Positions 15,251-30,699 of a DNA stretch of 64,000 nucleotides are shown in pieces (position 1 is the first letter of the stretch; each line of letters begins with the position of its first letter). The DNA comes from the human T2T-CHM13v2.0 reference genome, Homo sapiens: the NCBI RefSeq assembly GCF_009914755.1, contig NC_060925.1. One strand, given 5' to 3'. The notes under the pieces were generated by a model. That model was not told the DNA's origin, made no database searches, and worked only from the letters and a program-made list of their open reading frames with translations. Made by a program: the position numbers and the translations under genes.

Positions 15251-17149
15251 CATGCAAGCACAGCTGGGTGCAGTCATTGCCCAGAGCTGTGTGGATGGCA
15301 TCAGAGAAGCCTGACTCATAACTAGGTAGTTGGGAAGCCGGGGCCACAGTGACTGCAGCCTGCCCTGGCCTGCAGTGTCTGTGTGCTGAATTAGGCAGCT
15401 TGAATTGCTCGTGGAGTCAGGGTTGTCTTGGGCAAGCCCTAAAGGCTCCCTGGAGAGTTTGGGATTACCAGAGCCCTTTGGATAATAGCAAAAGTCATGA
15501 TAATGACATTAACTGTGATTTGTTGAATCCTTACTACATGCCAGGTCTCATTTAATCCTCCCGGCAACCCTGAGAGGAGGAATGGTTGCCAGAATTCCCC
15601 ATCCAGGTTTGTGTGACTCCAAGGCTCACCTGGCTTCCCTTGATGCAGGTGGGATATGCATCTCCCCCAGTAATGCCTGATAGCTCCACATTGGCTTTCT
15701 TCCCAAGAGACCCGGCCTTGGCCCGGTCCTCTGGCCCTGCCCTTGCCCTGGCTCCTCAGAACCCTGCCCCTAAGCCCTCAGTTTTGAGTTGGAGTGTGAA
15801 AAGGATAAACACTTCCTGGGTGTGGCTGAGTCCCTCCTCCCTGAAACATTGAGACCTAAAAAAGATGGAAGAGACTTTCTGAACCCTATTTAGACCAAGA
15901 GAGGAAAAAAAATAAGGGGCAGGCTTAATGTTTACAGACAATATAACATAACCCAAATGACCGTGTCTTCTCTATCAAGGAGAAAACTCTTCAAACTAGA
16001 CAAGTGGAACAAGTCTGGCTCACGGGAAGCTGTGGGCCTGCCTGGGCTGGGACCTGGCTGCTCCCAGCTGCTTTTGCTCCATTCAAGGCTGCATCAGGCA
16101 GAGATGGGGCCATTCCAGAGGCTCTTCTGGGGAGAAGGGAGGTGCCAGGAGACAAAGCCAGAAACATACTATCTCAATTTAAGCATGGGAAAAATATGGT
16201 GCAGCTAGCTTATGACAATCCTAGGCAAAATTCCAGAAGTTCCTTTCCTAAGCAGGGATTATTGGGAGCCAGGATGGGTTCACTTAGGTCAAGGCATGAC
16301 TAACTCCCCAGATTACTCTTGGAGGAAGGGTAATCAGAGCATGTGTGGGAAAAGGACCACAGACTCAGAATGTAAAAATAGGACTGTGCTGTTATTGCAA
16401 CTGCTCTGAGGAAGAACGAAGAGAGCTCATCAGCCAGGGTCTGAGATCCACTTCACCCCAGCCCATCACATATCAATGCCATAGGCTTCCCTTTTGAGCA
16501 GGTTGACTCAAGGATACTGCCACAATTTGCCTCTTGGGTGGCAATGGAGGAGGGGCTTGGGACATTCAAATGAGGAAGATGAAGAATTCAGAGGCAATGG
16601 ATACTGATAACATCCATTTCAGAGGGGGTGGTAGTATTTGTCCAATAAAGCATTTAGGATCTTGAAAGAGGTTGCAGTTTGCCTGGGGGAAGAGAATATT
16701 GAGAGTCTCTTAGAATGCACGACATGAAGGTCTGCAGGTTAAGGACCTGGTGCCACCAGCATCACAGTCGATTTTGCTGTGGATGAGGCTTTTGAAATGT
16801 TTCTCACACATATCTTTGAGGGTAAATGGAGAAATATGGACCAAATCTTAGGGTAGCTCAGCCTTTGCATGGCTGTTTGCACCCCTCTGCCCAGAAGAGA
16901 AGGAATGGATTGATTCTGTTGGGTGCGGCTCTGCCTGCGTTATGACCTGGAGCATCAAGCAGTGTGGTCCTTTCACTAACCCATATTGGTCTGCTCTTGG
17001 GGCGCCCTGTGAGGAAGGCTGGGTGCACAGCACAGGAATGTCTGTCTACTGTGTGAGAGGAACACTTTGCTGACGTCCCTCCCCGAGTCCTGGGATTGGT
17101 CCTGCACTACTGTCCACCTGCCTGCACGGCACGGCCATTTCTACTGGAT

Positions 17150-17322
17150 GCCATGGAATAGAGAGGTTAAAGGTTCAGGTTCTGGAGTCAGGCTGCTCCC
17201 TGTTCCAGGCTCAGCTCTACCATTTTTTAGTTGGGTGACCTTGGGACAAGTTACTTAATTTATCTGTGCTTTATATTCTTTATCAGAAAAGGAGGATAAT
17301 AATGATGGCTAGTTCATAGGGT
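17150..17322 (+). mobile_element. MIR
   Basis: gtgaccttgggacaagttacttaa core. Confidence 0.8.
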
Positions 17323-17327
17323 GAGAA

Positions 17328-17912
<585 letters not shown>

Positions 17913-18224
17913 TTATGGTATAGCTGGAGTAGTGTAGTTTCAAATGCTACAATTTTCTTCCACGTATCACATGTGAAGAGAACCATTTTCAAGCTAGAAA
18001 GTGTCCAGAAGAGAATGACCAGAGTATCCCATTCCATTGTTCTTTTTCTTCCTTCCTCTTTCCTCACTCATCCACTCATTCAATGATTATCTCTTCACTC
18101 ACTTAGTCACATATATCATTGATATAAATTCCTGTTTCACCTAGAAAAGAGACTCCTGGGAAATATATGCTCTGTAAACCATGGGAAAGAGGGGATAAAT
18201 CTGTTCCTTGCAGGCCTCTGGGCA

Positions 18225-18295
18225 GAAATGGGACTTTCCGATGGAAGTGACAGGAAGACGCGTGGGGGTCATGGTAGAGGAAGTGTTTTCCAGCC
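18225..18295. promoter_or_regulatory. Candidate NF-kB + ETS/PU.1 enhancer core
   Basis: GGGACTTTCC 18230-18239, GGAAGTGA 18243, CAGGAAG 18251, AGAGGAAGTG 18276. Confidence 0.45.
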
Positions 18296-19218
18296 CTGGG
18301 TGCCAATGGATGACGGGTTCGGCTGCCCTGTGGGACTTCTCTCTTGGAAGTATGTGATCGGAGGTGGAGAAAGGGGGGTTTCAGTATTGGGTGGAGGGTC
18401 GGCTGAGGTTGTTCCTTCACCCTGTGCTCCACCAAGCTCAGGGATCTGCTGCAGCCACCACCAGGGCCACTATGGAGGTGGAGAGGAGACTATGTAGTTG
18501 GGTTCTGTGTCCTCACCTTACAACGAAAGCAACTCCATTTCTGTTTTATACAATGGGATTCTCCCTGCAGTTTCTTTTGGAGTGGAGAAAGGCCTGAAAA
18601 CATTCCACGGCTGCTAAAAAAATTTTTTAATCCCCACACTAGGAGCTAATTAAATCCCTGTGAGTCTCAGAAGCAATCATTTCTAGGATTCTGAGACTCA
18701 AATTTTTTTCCTATAAAAACAAGTCCATTAAAATTATAGCATAAGCCTTTGTTTTGCACGCTTAAATCCAGATATAATTGAGAGCAAGAGTTAAAATAAT
18801 TATAAGTGTGGCAGGAAAATGGATTGAGATGTTATTTTGTGTTGGTGGTTTTTGTCCTTCATTCCAAGTGTTGGGCGGTACCTTTGTGCTCCCTTGCCTT
18901 GGGGGTGGTATTGCTGAAGCCAGGCTGAAATGAGAAGTCCCTGGTAGACAACTGGTCTTGCAGGCTTTTGTTGTTTGAAAGCCTGAGTTTTTTGAGGGGA
19001 TTGGGCTGGGAGAAAGAAAAGGAGGAATGAGATGGAATTGGGTGAGTAGGTCCTGGGAAGAACCAGCAGGATCCCAGAGGCAAGTGGTTGGTTATGTGCT
19101 CCCCATTAAGGAGCCTGGATTCCAGGCACCCAGGTACCTTTGATCCTCCAAAGCTGCAGAGATGTCAACCTACTGGGGTATTTGGGGTTTAGAGGGGACC
19201 ATTATGGTTTGAGGTCTA

Positions 19219-19381
19219 CAGTATTTCTCTAACATTAATGTATTCAGGAATACCTGAGAATCTTGATAAAATGCAGTCTAATTCAGTAGGCCTGGGATGG
19301 GGTCCTAAAATTATGCATTTCTAATAAGCTCTGAGGGACTCTGATGTTGCTGCTCCCAAGACCACACTTTGAGTAGCAAGA
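19219..19381. mobile_element. MER5A-like hAT MITE
   Basis: aaaatgcag...ttcagtaggcctggg...tgcatttctaataagct...gaccacactttgagtagc. Confidence 0.8.
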
Positions 19382-20121
19382 AGCTAAAAGGGCTGGTTCC
19401 GTGTTTTCTGGGCACGACAGAAGCCTTCCAGACTCTTGCATTCTCAAAGCAGGGAGGCCCCTTCCAATAATAACAGAACTGGAATTTCCCATCAGCACAG
19501 CATAAAGGGATGCACTATCAGTTTTAATTTTATTTGAAAGAACTTGCAGACTTGAGTTTGTGATTACAAACACATAGCTGGGGTCCAGGTTGCTCAGGTT
19601 AAGTTGTATCTTTATGGGAATTTGAGGGTTATTCACCCTGCCATTCCTTCTGTCTTGCCCCAGGGTTGGATTTAGCAAGCAGCATACATCTGCTCTCCCT
19701 TTCCTGGGTTATAAATTCTCTGGGCTTTGTGTACATTGTTTGGGGTTTTCTGAGAAGCTGGGAGTTAGAGGCCTCTTCTCCTGTCCCCCCTTCTCACTCC
19801 TGGGCAGTTTAAGTCCCTTGAGGAGCTGCTTATCTTAGTTTCTTTGCCTGGAATTTTATCTGTTCCTTATCTTATCTTTGTCTGAAAGCACAAAATCCAC
19901 CTTTATGTACCCCATCCCCACCCTCACCTCAACCTAGGATAAGAGAAAAACCAAGGAGTAATGAAAAAACCCAGAGAGCACCCCTGTTTGATGACCTCTC
20001 TTTTCAGGAAGGGAAGCAGTGTTAGTGTCAATTCTGCTCGATTACCTCTTCATCTCTACTTCCTTTGCTTGCTTAATGCGCTACCTGGGAGTATAAATTA
20101 TTTTGTACAGATCCGACAAAG

Positions 20122-20393
20122 TATAATCCCAGCACTTTGGGAGGCCGAGGTGGGTGGATCATCTGAGGCCAGTAGTTTGAGACTAGCCTGGCCAATGTGG
20201 TGAAACCCTGTCTCTACCAAAAATACAAAAAATTAGTCTGGTGTGGTGGTGGGCACCTGTAGTCCCAGCTACTCAGGAAGCTGAGGCAGGAGAATCGCTT
20301 GGATCTGGGAGGCAGAGGTTGTGGTGAGTTGAGGATACGCCACTGAATTCTAGTCTGGGCAACAGAGTGAAACTCCGTCTCAAAAAAAAAAAA
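20122..20393 (+). mobile_element. AluS, slightly 5'-truncated
   Basis: Begins at tataatcccagc; poly-A tail. Confidence 0.93.
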
Positions 20394-20422
20394 TACGTAA
20401 AGGGTTACCATTCCCAGGCTAG

Positions 20423-20750
<328 letters not shown>

Positions 20751-20992
20751 AGGAAACAATTCTTAAAAGAGGCTTCACCTTCTTTCCACAGAATCCCTAA
20801 AAACCCATTTGTAAATGAAGCAATCTGTAAACACCCGTTGCTTGGAATGTAATGGTATCTCATATATGCGGAGCACTTTACACTTTTCAAAGGGATCTGG
20901 CATTGATCCAGCATCTACTTGCACTAGGGGTGCTGTCTCGTGTAATCCTCCCAGCAGCCCCCATGAGGAGGTATTACCACCCCTTCTCCATA

Positions 20993-20993
20993 T

Positions 20994-21032
<39 letters not shown>

Positions 21033-21315
21033 TTGAGACAGAGTTTCACTCTTATTGCCCAGGCTGGAGTACAGTTGCACAATCTTGGCTCACCGCAACC
21101 TCCGCCTTCCAGGTTCAAGTGATTCTCCTGCCTCAGCCTCCTGAGTAGCTGGGATTACAGGCATGTGCCACCACACCCGCTAATTTCGTATTTTTAGTAG
21201 AGACAGGGTTTCTCCATGTTGGTCAGGCTAGTCTCGAACTCCCGACCTCATGTAATCCACCTGCCTTAGCCTCCCAAAAGGCTGGGATTACAGGCGTGAG
21301 CCACCACGCCCGGCC
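20993..21315 (-). mobile_element. AluSp-like with (TTTA)n tail
   Basis: Full dimer; TSD ccttctccat. Confidence 0.95.
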
Positions 21316-21973
21316 CTTCTCCATTTATTCATCCACAAATATTTAAGCGAATGAGCCTTCCTGACTTAAGCAAAAGTTGTAGAAACAAAGGTAGACGTGC
21401 TGACTATACAAAAGGAAAAAAAAAGGAGCTTAAAGGGATAGAAACCTGTACCTATGGCTTCCTTGGCCCATAAGGATGCCCCTCTTAGTATCTAAGGGAT
21501 AGGAAAAAGTGATCAATGGGAAGCACTGAGATGATGGTAAGAAGGGACTCTGATCTCCTCAGCTAGGCAAAGCCATGGGAGGAATTTCTCTCCTTGGGTC
21601 TACAGTGAGTCAGTTCTCTGGGAAGTGGGTTGGGTGAATGCTGGAATTTCCTAAGTGGTGGGAGCCTGAATGTGCCGGGTCTTGTATCTGAAGAGGTGAG
21701 AGATTTAGAGCAAGGCTGTGCCTAAGCTTGGAAACTAGGTGACAGGCCTTGTCCAGCAGCACTGGCACCAGGAGTCCCAGAGTCGAGCTCAGCTTTTCCA
21801 TTGACCACCCATGGGGCTTGGACCAGAACCTTTCTGGTTCTAAGCCTCAGTTTCCCCTTCAGGAAAATGGAGTGGTTGGATGGGATGCTCTGAAGGTCTG
21901 AGACTGCTCTGGTCTTCTAGGGTTGACAAGGGAAATGGCTTCCTTGCCTTTGAGGCTGAATCTGATTTCTTTC

Positions 21974-22690
<717 letters not shown>

Positions 22691-24068
22691 GTACAGAGTC
22701 CTGTTTGGAGACAGGAAACAGGACTCGGTGACCCCCCTCTGTTTCTTTCTCCCTGTGTAGGGAAGACACACACACCCCCTTGGATATAGCCAGGTAGGGG
22801 CTGCTGCTCTTCAGCTGAGCTTTGCAGAAGATCATTCAAGTCAGGAAAAAGTCTGTTCTTCTCCCCCCACTCCCAACGGTGGGGGGGACCTTGGGGTCTC
22901 GCCCAAGGAAAGGAAGCACTGCTTCCTGGTTTATGTTGAGATGGGAAAGACTTGCCCAAGAACAATGGCGTTTTTGCAAAACACCACTTTGTTCTGGTGA
23001 GACCAGGAGGTGGTTTCCTTCGGGACCTAGCCTGGTCCCACTGCCCCAGACCTGCCAACCACAACAGCCACATGGCGTTCTCTCTCGGACCAACCTTTCA
23101 TCTGAGACACTTGCTCACGCACAGCTCTGACTGGCTTAATTAACCCTTTGGGCCCCACCCTGCCCAGGCAGGATCATCTCAGGGCTCATGGAGATGTCCT
23201 TAGAGATCCCAGGACATGCTGGCCAGGGGAACCAAGTCTGATGGGATGGGGGAACCAATCAGACTTGACATTCTGTTTTACCATTCAAAAGGACCTTCTG
23301 GAAAAAGCACTCAGACCTATCCTAGGAGTGTCTCAGCTCAAAAAAGTCTTTAGAGCACCAGAGTCAGAAGGTCGTACTTTTCTTGGTGGGGGAAAAATAA
23401 GCAAGCTTTTCAAGGCCACACATACAGTTAGTTGTAGGACCAAGTCTAGAATGCATGGCTCTGACTGTCAGCTTTTAAACATGTACATGCAATCCCCTCA
23501 CAATAAGTCATAGACACGAGGATAAGAAACATCCTTCAAAGGCGTGTTCTAAACACTTGTTTGCAGAGTTCTCTGGGAAACAGTTCAATTCCCTGTCATA
23601 AAACAGCATGCAACACATCTTGGAAGAAGCATGGGTTCTTTCCACATGCTGTTCTGCCCTACGGGAAGTTTAAAATTAAGAGAGCAAAGGGAAGAAAATC
23701 TACATTGGAGGGGCAGAGAAATCTGCAGTGGCCTGGAATGTCTGGAGGGAGGTGGGAGGGAGAAGGGTGTGTTGGGAGCTGGGCTTACTGATGTCACAGG
23801 CAGTAGGGGATGAGTCCCATGACCACTCCCGTGTTTTTCAGGCAGGCATGGCTGTTCCTCTATGAATCACTAAATGAACCAATTTAGCGAAACAATCATG
23901 TCTGTTCAAAGGGGGATATTAAGGGAAAGCAAGTGTGCATATCATTGTATGATCAGAACAATAAGTTAGAACTTTCCTTTTTTCTCTCACTGTTGTGACA
24001 TTCGGCCTGGCATAGAAACGGGTACAGATAAACAGCAACAGTTTCTCATTCTAATGGAGAGCTACGGT

Positions 24069-24745
24069 CATGGTGACCGTGTTGGGGGTGATGGTGTGTT
24101 CATGGTGGTGGGGGTACTGGTGACAAGTATATCGTGGTTATAGTGATGGTGGTGTTGGTTGTGGTTATGGTGACACTGGTGTCGGTTATAACTGTGGTGG
24201 TAGTGATACTGATGGTGATGTTTAGTGGTGATGCTGACTGCAGTTATGGTAAGGATGGTGGTGGTGGGTAGTGTGACAATGATGGTGGTGTCTTGCTTAC
24301 GGTAGTGGTAATGGTGATGGTGGGGGCACAATGATGTCGATATGGGTAACAGTGGTAAAGGTAGGGTGACGATGTTGGTGTTGCAAGGAATGGTTATAGT
24401 TTTGATGGTAAAATGACAATTATGTCAATGTTTATAGTGGGGTTGGTATAAGGAGGTGTTGTTGGTCAAAATGATTTTAATGATGCTTCGTGTTGGTGAT
24501 AATGGTGGTATTGGTGTTGGTGTTAGTTACAGTAATGTTTTTAATGGTATTGGTGACACCTGCCTGTCTCAGTAGGTGACATTGATGGAAGTGCTAGTCG
24601 CATGGGTGCTAGTGTGATGGTGAACTTGATGGTAGTCTTGCAGTCATGGCTGATGGTAGTGGCAGCAGAGGTGGTGTTCCCAGCGATAATGGCAGTGGTA
24701 GGGAGGGTGGTGGGAAGTCGGTGGTGGTAGCGGTGGTAGAGGCCG
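24069..24745. repeat. Degenerate (TGG/TGA/TAG)n low-complexity tract
   Basis: Trinucleotide-periodic GT-rich sequence. Confidence 0.92.
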
Positions 24746-25561
24746 AGATGATGACCAGGAGGTTGGGGATTACACGGAGAGCGGTACGGGTTCTGGCAAT
24801 GATACCCTTAGATACCGTGAGTCGACTGCAAGCTCTCTTCTCTGGAGCTGACAGCATGCTGGACGTGGGGAAAAAGGCTCACCACATTCTCCAAAAGCCC
24901 TTCTTTCCACCTGCTGCAATCCTGGTGAGGTTTAATTCTCTGTGCAGGCAGAGATGGCTGCTTTCTGGGGGTCTGTGGGGATGGTGCTGAAAAACAGGTC
25001 TGTTGCTGGGAAAGTGGACAGAGAGGGAGGCTCAGGATTGCTGAGCTGGAGGGTGCTTTAGGGGCAGGTCAGCAGGAACGAGGCACGTGAGGGTGTGCTG
25101 ATGGATGGCAGGGGCCGCGCTGGGGCTGGGGCTGGGGCGGCAGGGAGGCAGTGGTGGCCGGCGTGCAGGGGCTCACGTAGCTGGCAGAGCCAGGGCTGTA
25201 CTTCCTGCTGACTCAGCAGAGCAGGCAGGAACTGATTCTTTTCGACTAATGTGTCTTCTCCCAGGATTAGCTCATACCGCTCTGGCTGGGAAAGGGGGAG
25301 AGGCAGCCTCTCCCATCTCCCCAGGCTTAGGGGCCCTTTGGAGGAGAGGGCAGGCAGACTATGGGGCCCCAGCAGGACCAGTAACTGACTCTGTATGTCC
25401 TCGATCTCATTCTCAATGGGCTGCCATTTGGCTGGCAGGGAGCCAGCTCCCCAAATATCAAGGGATCTAGCTACCCTACCCCCACCCAAACCCAATCCAA
25501 ATGGCTGCCCAGTTCTGCTTCACAAAAGGTCTACCCTGCCCAGTTCTGCTTCACAAAAGGT

Positions 25562-25960
25562 AGCATAGCCTGGGGGTGGAGAGAGTAAACTGGAGTCAGA
25601 CTGTCTAACCTCCTTCGCCAGGTCTCCCATGTGTTAGCTGTGTGACTGTCTGTATCTTGGTTCATCATTTGTGAGTTAGGGACAATGACTGCTGCCCAGA
25701 GGCTGTTGTGGGGATAGATGAGTTAAGCCTACAAAGTGCTTGAATAAGGTCTGGCATGGAGTGGGTATTCAAAAAGTGTTTGCTGTGATTGCTACTACTG
25801 AGTGTTCAATAACTTTAAGCAAGACTCTTAAGCTCTCTGAGACTCAGTAGTCTCACCAGTAAAATGACGATAATTTCTTAACATGCATACTTGATATGAG
25901 AATTAAAATGGATTAAGTGGATGAAAGCATCCAGTACAAAGTAGCACATCAGTTATTACT
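25562..25960 (+). mobile_element. Two adjacent MIR fragments
   Basis: ctggagtcagactg...tagctgtgtgac; ctctgagactcag...gtaaaatgacgataat. Confidence 0.65.
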
Positions 25961-27154
25961 ATCTTTGTTGTCGTTAGCACAGGGGCCAGCTTCAGCGTCC
26001 TTCCTGGAGTGGAAGTGGGGGGTTTGAGTGTCCTATTGGGGTTTGGATCCTTAAGAGTGTGCTATCTTGTGATCGCTGCCTCTCCGCAAGAGAAGTAACT
26101 CCTCGTGAGTGGGAAGATTTGAGCAGATCAGCAGTTCAGTTTGTAGCCTCTTGCCCCCCACCCCTAGCCCTGCTCAGTACTCATGCCCTGGGTAGGGATC
26201 AAGAAAGAAAGAGAAGGTTCTGGGAGCATCCTCCTATCCTGAAATTTCCGTGGAATCTTTTTTTTTCCATTTCTTCATCCTAGCTCCCTTTCTTTCTCTT
26301 TCCTTTCCCTTCCTTGTTCACCACTCATTCATTCATTCATTCGTTTATTCATTCATTCATTCATTCATCTATAGGACATAGAAGTCATGGGGTCTGCCCT
26401 GGAGAAGCCTCTAAGTTCCCACTCTTAGGGAGAACATGGCTCAGGCTCCAATCAGGGCTTCATTACGTGATTCTGTGCATGCAACAGAGGGGCGGGGATG
26501 GCACATCAAACGAAAATTCAACTTTCTCTGCATTAAGGAAAACTATCAACAATGATGCTGTGTAGGGACTGTAAAACCAACATCTAAACAAAAGAACGAC
26601 TGTCTAACTAGTTGATTGCCTCAACTGTAAAAGAGATTAAAATGGTACACTTCCACGGATGTGGTTTTTTGTTTCTACTTGTTTGGACTTCAAATGCATA
26701 GAGTCGAGCAACTCACACTCCTTCCTCCGTGCTAATGTAATTTTTCTCCCTCTTCCCAGATTCTCATGCTCATTCCTTACTCCTTTACTCACTCTAGGAA
26801 TCCACTCCAATGTGTTTTAAAATGTGCCCTTAAAATATGTTTGTCTTTATAAAATATGCATTTGGTTAACAATCAGTTGCACAAGTGCTTCTTGTTTATA
26901 CCTCACCATGATGTAGCACAATTGACTCCTCCACATACCACTGATGCTCACAATGATCCATGTCCAGCACTGGGTACCAGATCAAGCTATGAATTTTACA
27001 AGGCCCATGTCCTTGAGTTGCTCACAGGCTAGGGAAATAGACAATTTAGGACAGGGTTGGGACACAAAGGAGTCAGTGATCAATTCTACTGGTGGGGCGG
27101 GGGAGGGCTTCCCAAGGGCAGAGCCACCTGAGCAGAGCTTTAAAAGGTGAATAA

Positions 27155-27882
<728 letters not shown>

Positions 27883-28042
27883 TTAGCATGTCTAGGAAAT
27901 TGAATGATTTTGTTGTGGCTGAGGCAAATGGTATGAAAAGGAAGGGCAAGAGAAAGCAGCTGGCATTTATTGAGTGCGCCAGATGCTGTTCTCAGTGATT
28001 AAGTACTGAATTTCTTTTAAGCCACACAACAACCCTAGGCAT

Positions 28043-28753
28043 TGTGAAAAGAAATTAAATTTTGGGACCCCAGATGCATTTAGTCGAAGGGAAAAGTCAA
28101 GCTGGGAACTGGATCATGCAAACCTGCCTCCCACTTTTAGTTCCTAAGTAAGATGGCTGGCCAGGCACAGTGGCTCAAGCCTGTAATCCCAGCACTTTGG
28201 GAGGCCGAGGTGGGCAGATCACCTAAAGTCAGGAGTTCGAGACCAGCCTGGCCAACATGGTGAAACTCTGTCTCTACTAAAAACACAAAAATTAGCCGGG
28301 TGTGGCTGCAGGCGCCTGTAATCCCAGCTACCAGATGAAAAGGTACCCATATTTTGCCCACAAGGAAATTCCTAGTGAGCTGTTAAAACTTCACAATGGC
28401 AATGCATATTGGTAGCTTATCTTTACAAGGCAGTCACCCCAGCCCACCAGACGTAAATGCATATCTGATTGTTCCCCTACCCCATTGTGTCTGTGTTATC
28501 TTATGTAAAATGCAGATTCCTCCCATTTTTCCTCTGCCCCTTTGTTTATGTCATCTTACCTAAAAAAGATGCAGATTCACTTACAGGAAAACTGTGTACT
28601 TCTCAATATCCCACCCTTTCCCCTTTAAATTGGGAGCCCTGAAAATCATCTTTGAAGAAAGGCGTAAAGCTGTCTCCCAGGTGTGTCCTTAACTTTGGCT
28701 AATCAATCTCCTAAAATGATTGAGACTCGACTCGTTATTTTCCTCAATTGACA
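28043..28753 (+). mobile_element. MER4-family ERV1 solo LTR inserted in a MIR
   Basis: TG...CA termini; tgtgaaaagaaattaaattttgggacccc...gggaaaagtcaagctgggaact. Confidence 0.88.
28159..28330 (+). mobile_element. 3'-truncated AluS inside MER4
   Basis: Left arm plus start of right arm; no tail or TSD. Confidence 0.9.
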
Positions 28754-29019
28754 GAGTGTACTATTATCATTCCCATTCTACAGGAAAGGAAACAGAGGGC
28801 CAGAGAAGTTAGTAACTTGCTTACAGTCACGTAGCTTATAAATGAGGTACCCAAAACTGCATCAGGCTGCCTGGGTTCCTAATCACAATGCTATGACCTC
28901 CAAAAGATGACGAAGGTGAGGAGGTCAGAGGTGAGGCTGCAGAAGACCTTAAATGCCAGTTGAGGGGCAAGGAAGAAGGCAACAGGAGGCCCTGAATCAG
29001 AGCCTGAGTGCCATTGAGC

Positions 29020-29270
29020 TGAGTGAGTGTGAGTGACCACAAGTGTGCATGAGGGTGCACATGCTACAAGCGCGGTGTATGGGTGAGTGCGTGGGTGTGC
29101 TTGGATGCGTGCATGTGCTTGGATGCATGTGAGTGTGCCGCGGTGCACATGTCTGTGCCACAATGTAGGACACACGTGTCTTTGTGAGACTAGGCGAGTG
29201 TGCATGTGTATGAAAAAATCTGCGGTTGTGCACGGGTCTGAGCATGTGTCTTTGTGGGTGTGAGTGTGGG
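29020..29270. repeat. Degenerate (TG)-rich low complexity
   Basis: Direct reading. Confidence 0.8.
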
Positions 29271-30154
29271 CCTTGGTCTTCCTGCCACCTTGGGGCCCCA
29301 TGGAAGCTGTCAGAGCCCATCAGCCTGGCCTGGTGTGAGAGGCCTGGTCTTGGCCTCAGATGCTAGATGGGCATACATCAAACGCAGCCTGAGCCTGGGA
29401 CCAGTGGGGTAGAATAATTTAATGAGAATCCAGAAGGGAGGCTGCAGCTGGTGGGGAGTGGGAAGGGGGGCCCATTTCTGCCCAGTGCAGCTTCCGGGTT
29501 CCAGAGCCCAGCATCTGGGGTCTGTGTGTGTTCTGGGAAGGGAAGATGGCTGTGTTGGGTGCCTGGCCATGACCCCCTCCTGCTCCATGCAATGGCAGAA
29601 CTGCATCTAATCTGGGTATGCCAGGACACCAACTAGTCCTGGTGTTGTGCCTCCTGCCTGGACACCAACCTAGTCCCCAGGTGTCCCATGAGACTTCAGG
29701 GGAACCAGGACACAAAGTCCAGCATTTTCATCTCTAAAGCTGTTCTGACATTTCCATGAGATGGAACACATAGAAAATCACTTCTAGACCAACTAGTCCA
29801 ACCCCCTTGCCTTACAGAACGGAAACCGAGACTCAGAAAGGGGCAGGGAATTGCCTAAGGTCACCCAGCAAAATTGAGTTTGGACCAGGCTTAGAACCAA
29901 GAAATTCTCAGTTGGCATCCAGCGACATTTTCACACTTTTAGACCAAGATCAACAACACATATAAACATTAGCAAAATGCAAGGTTGTTTATTTGATGGC
30001 CTCTGCCTCTATGGCCTGGCCACTCCTTTCCTCCCAGGCTGCCCACCTCTGCAGAATGGAGGCCGCTTCCCCAGTGCCCACAGCCAGAGGTGCTTTGTGA
30101 GGAAGGCCAGGGACAGGGCTGACAGAGCACTCTTTATTCTCCCCTTGGATGGAA

Positions 30155-30187
<33 letters not shown>

Positions 30188-30699
30188 TAGGGGGGTTGCC
30201 CTTTTGTGCTGGCCTTAGGTCAGAGAGAGAAATGTGAGGGGACCCAATTTAGTCAGTTTTTCTATCTAAGATGTGGGTAGAAAAAGGAGGGATTTTGCTC
30301 CGGAGTAGGAGAAGGGGTGAAAATGACGTGCCCTGGCCAGGACACAGTTGTGATAGGGCAAATCAAAACTTTGTCCTTGTCCTTAGTATCTTGGGCAACA
30401 CACACACTGTCCTGTCATGTCCAACAGTCACAGTGTGAAAGATTTTTTCTGGGAGGTTCCCATGACAACTGTCGATTCATGGCAAGAACCTTCCACAGGT
30501 CTTAGGCCACCTACAGAGCTGGGCTCGGACTCCTCAGCTCCACCTGCAAGTCTTCTCCAGATTCTAGGATCTAGATTCCGGAGTCCAGAACCTGGGGCGC
30601 AATTCAAGGTCTATTGCTGAACCTAGTCCACAATTCAGGTTCTGTTTTTTTTCTGGTTGCCACAGGATTGAAAGATTTTGTTGTTGGTGGTGGTGGTGG

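Noticed and set aside
25058-25495. 145-aa minus-strand ORF in the presumed gene orientation
   Set aside because: No recognisable protein similarity or convincing splice sites; cannot be excluded without RNA data
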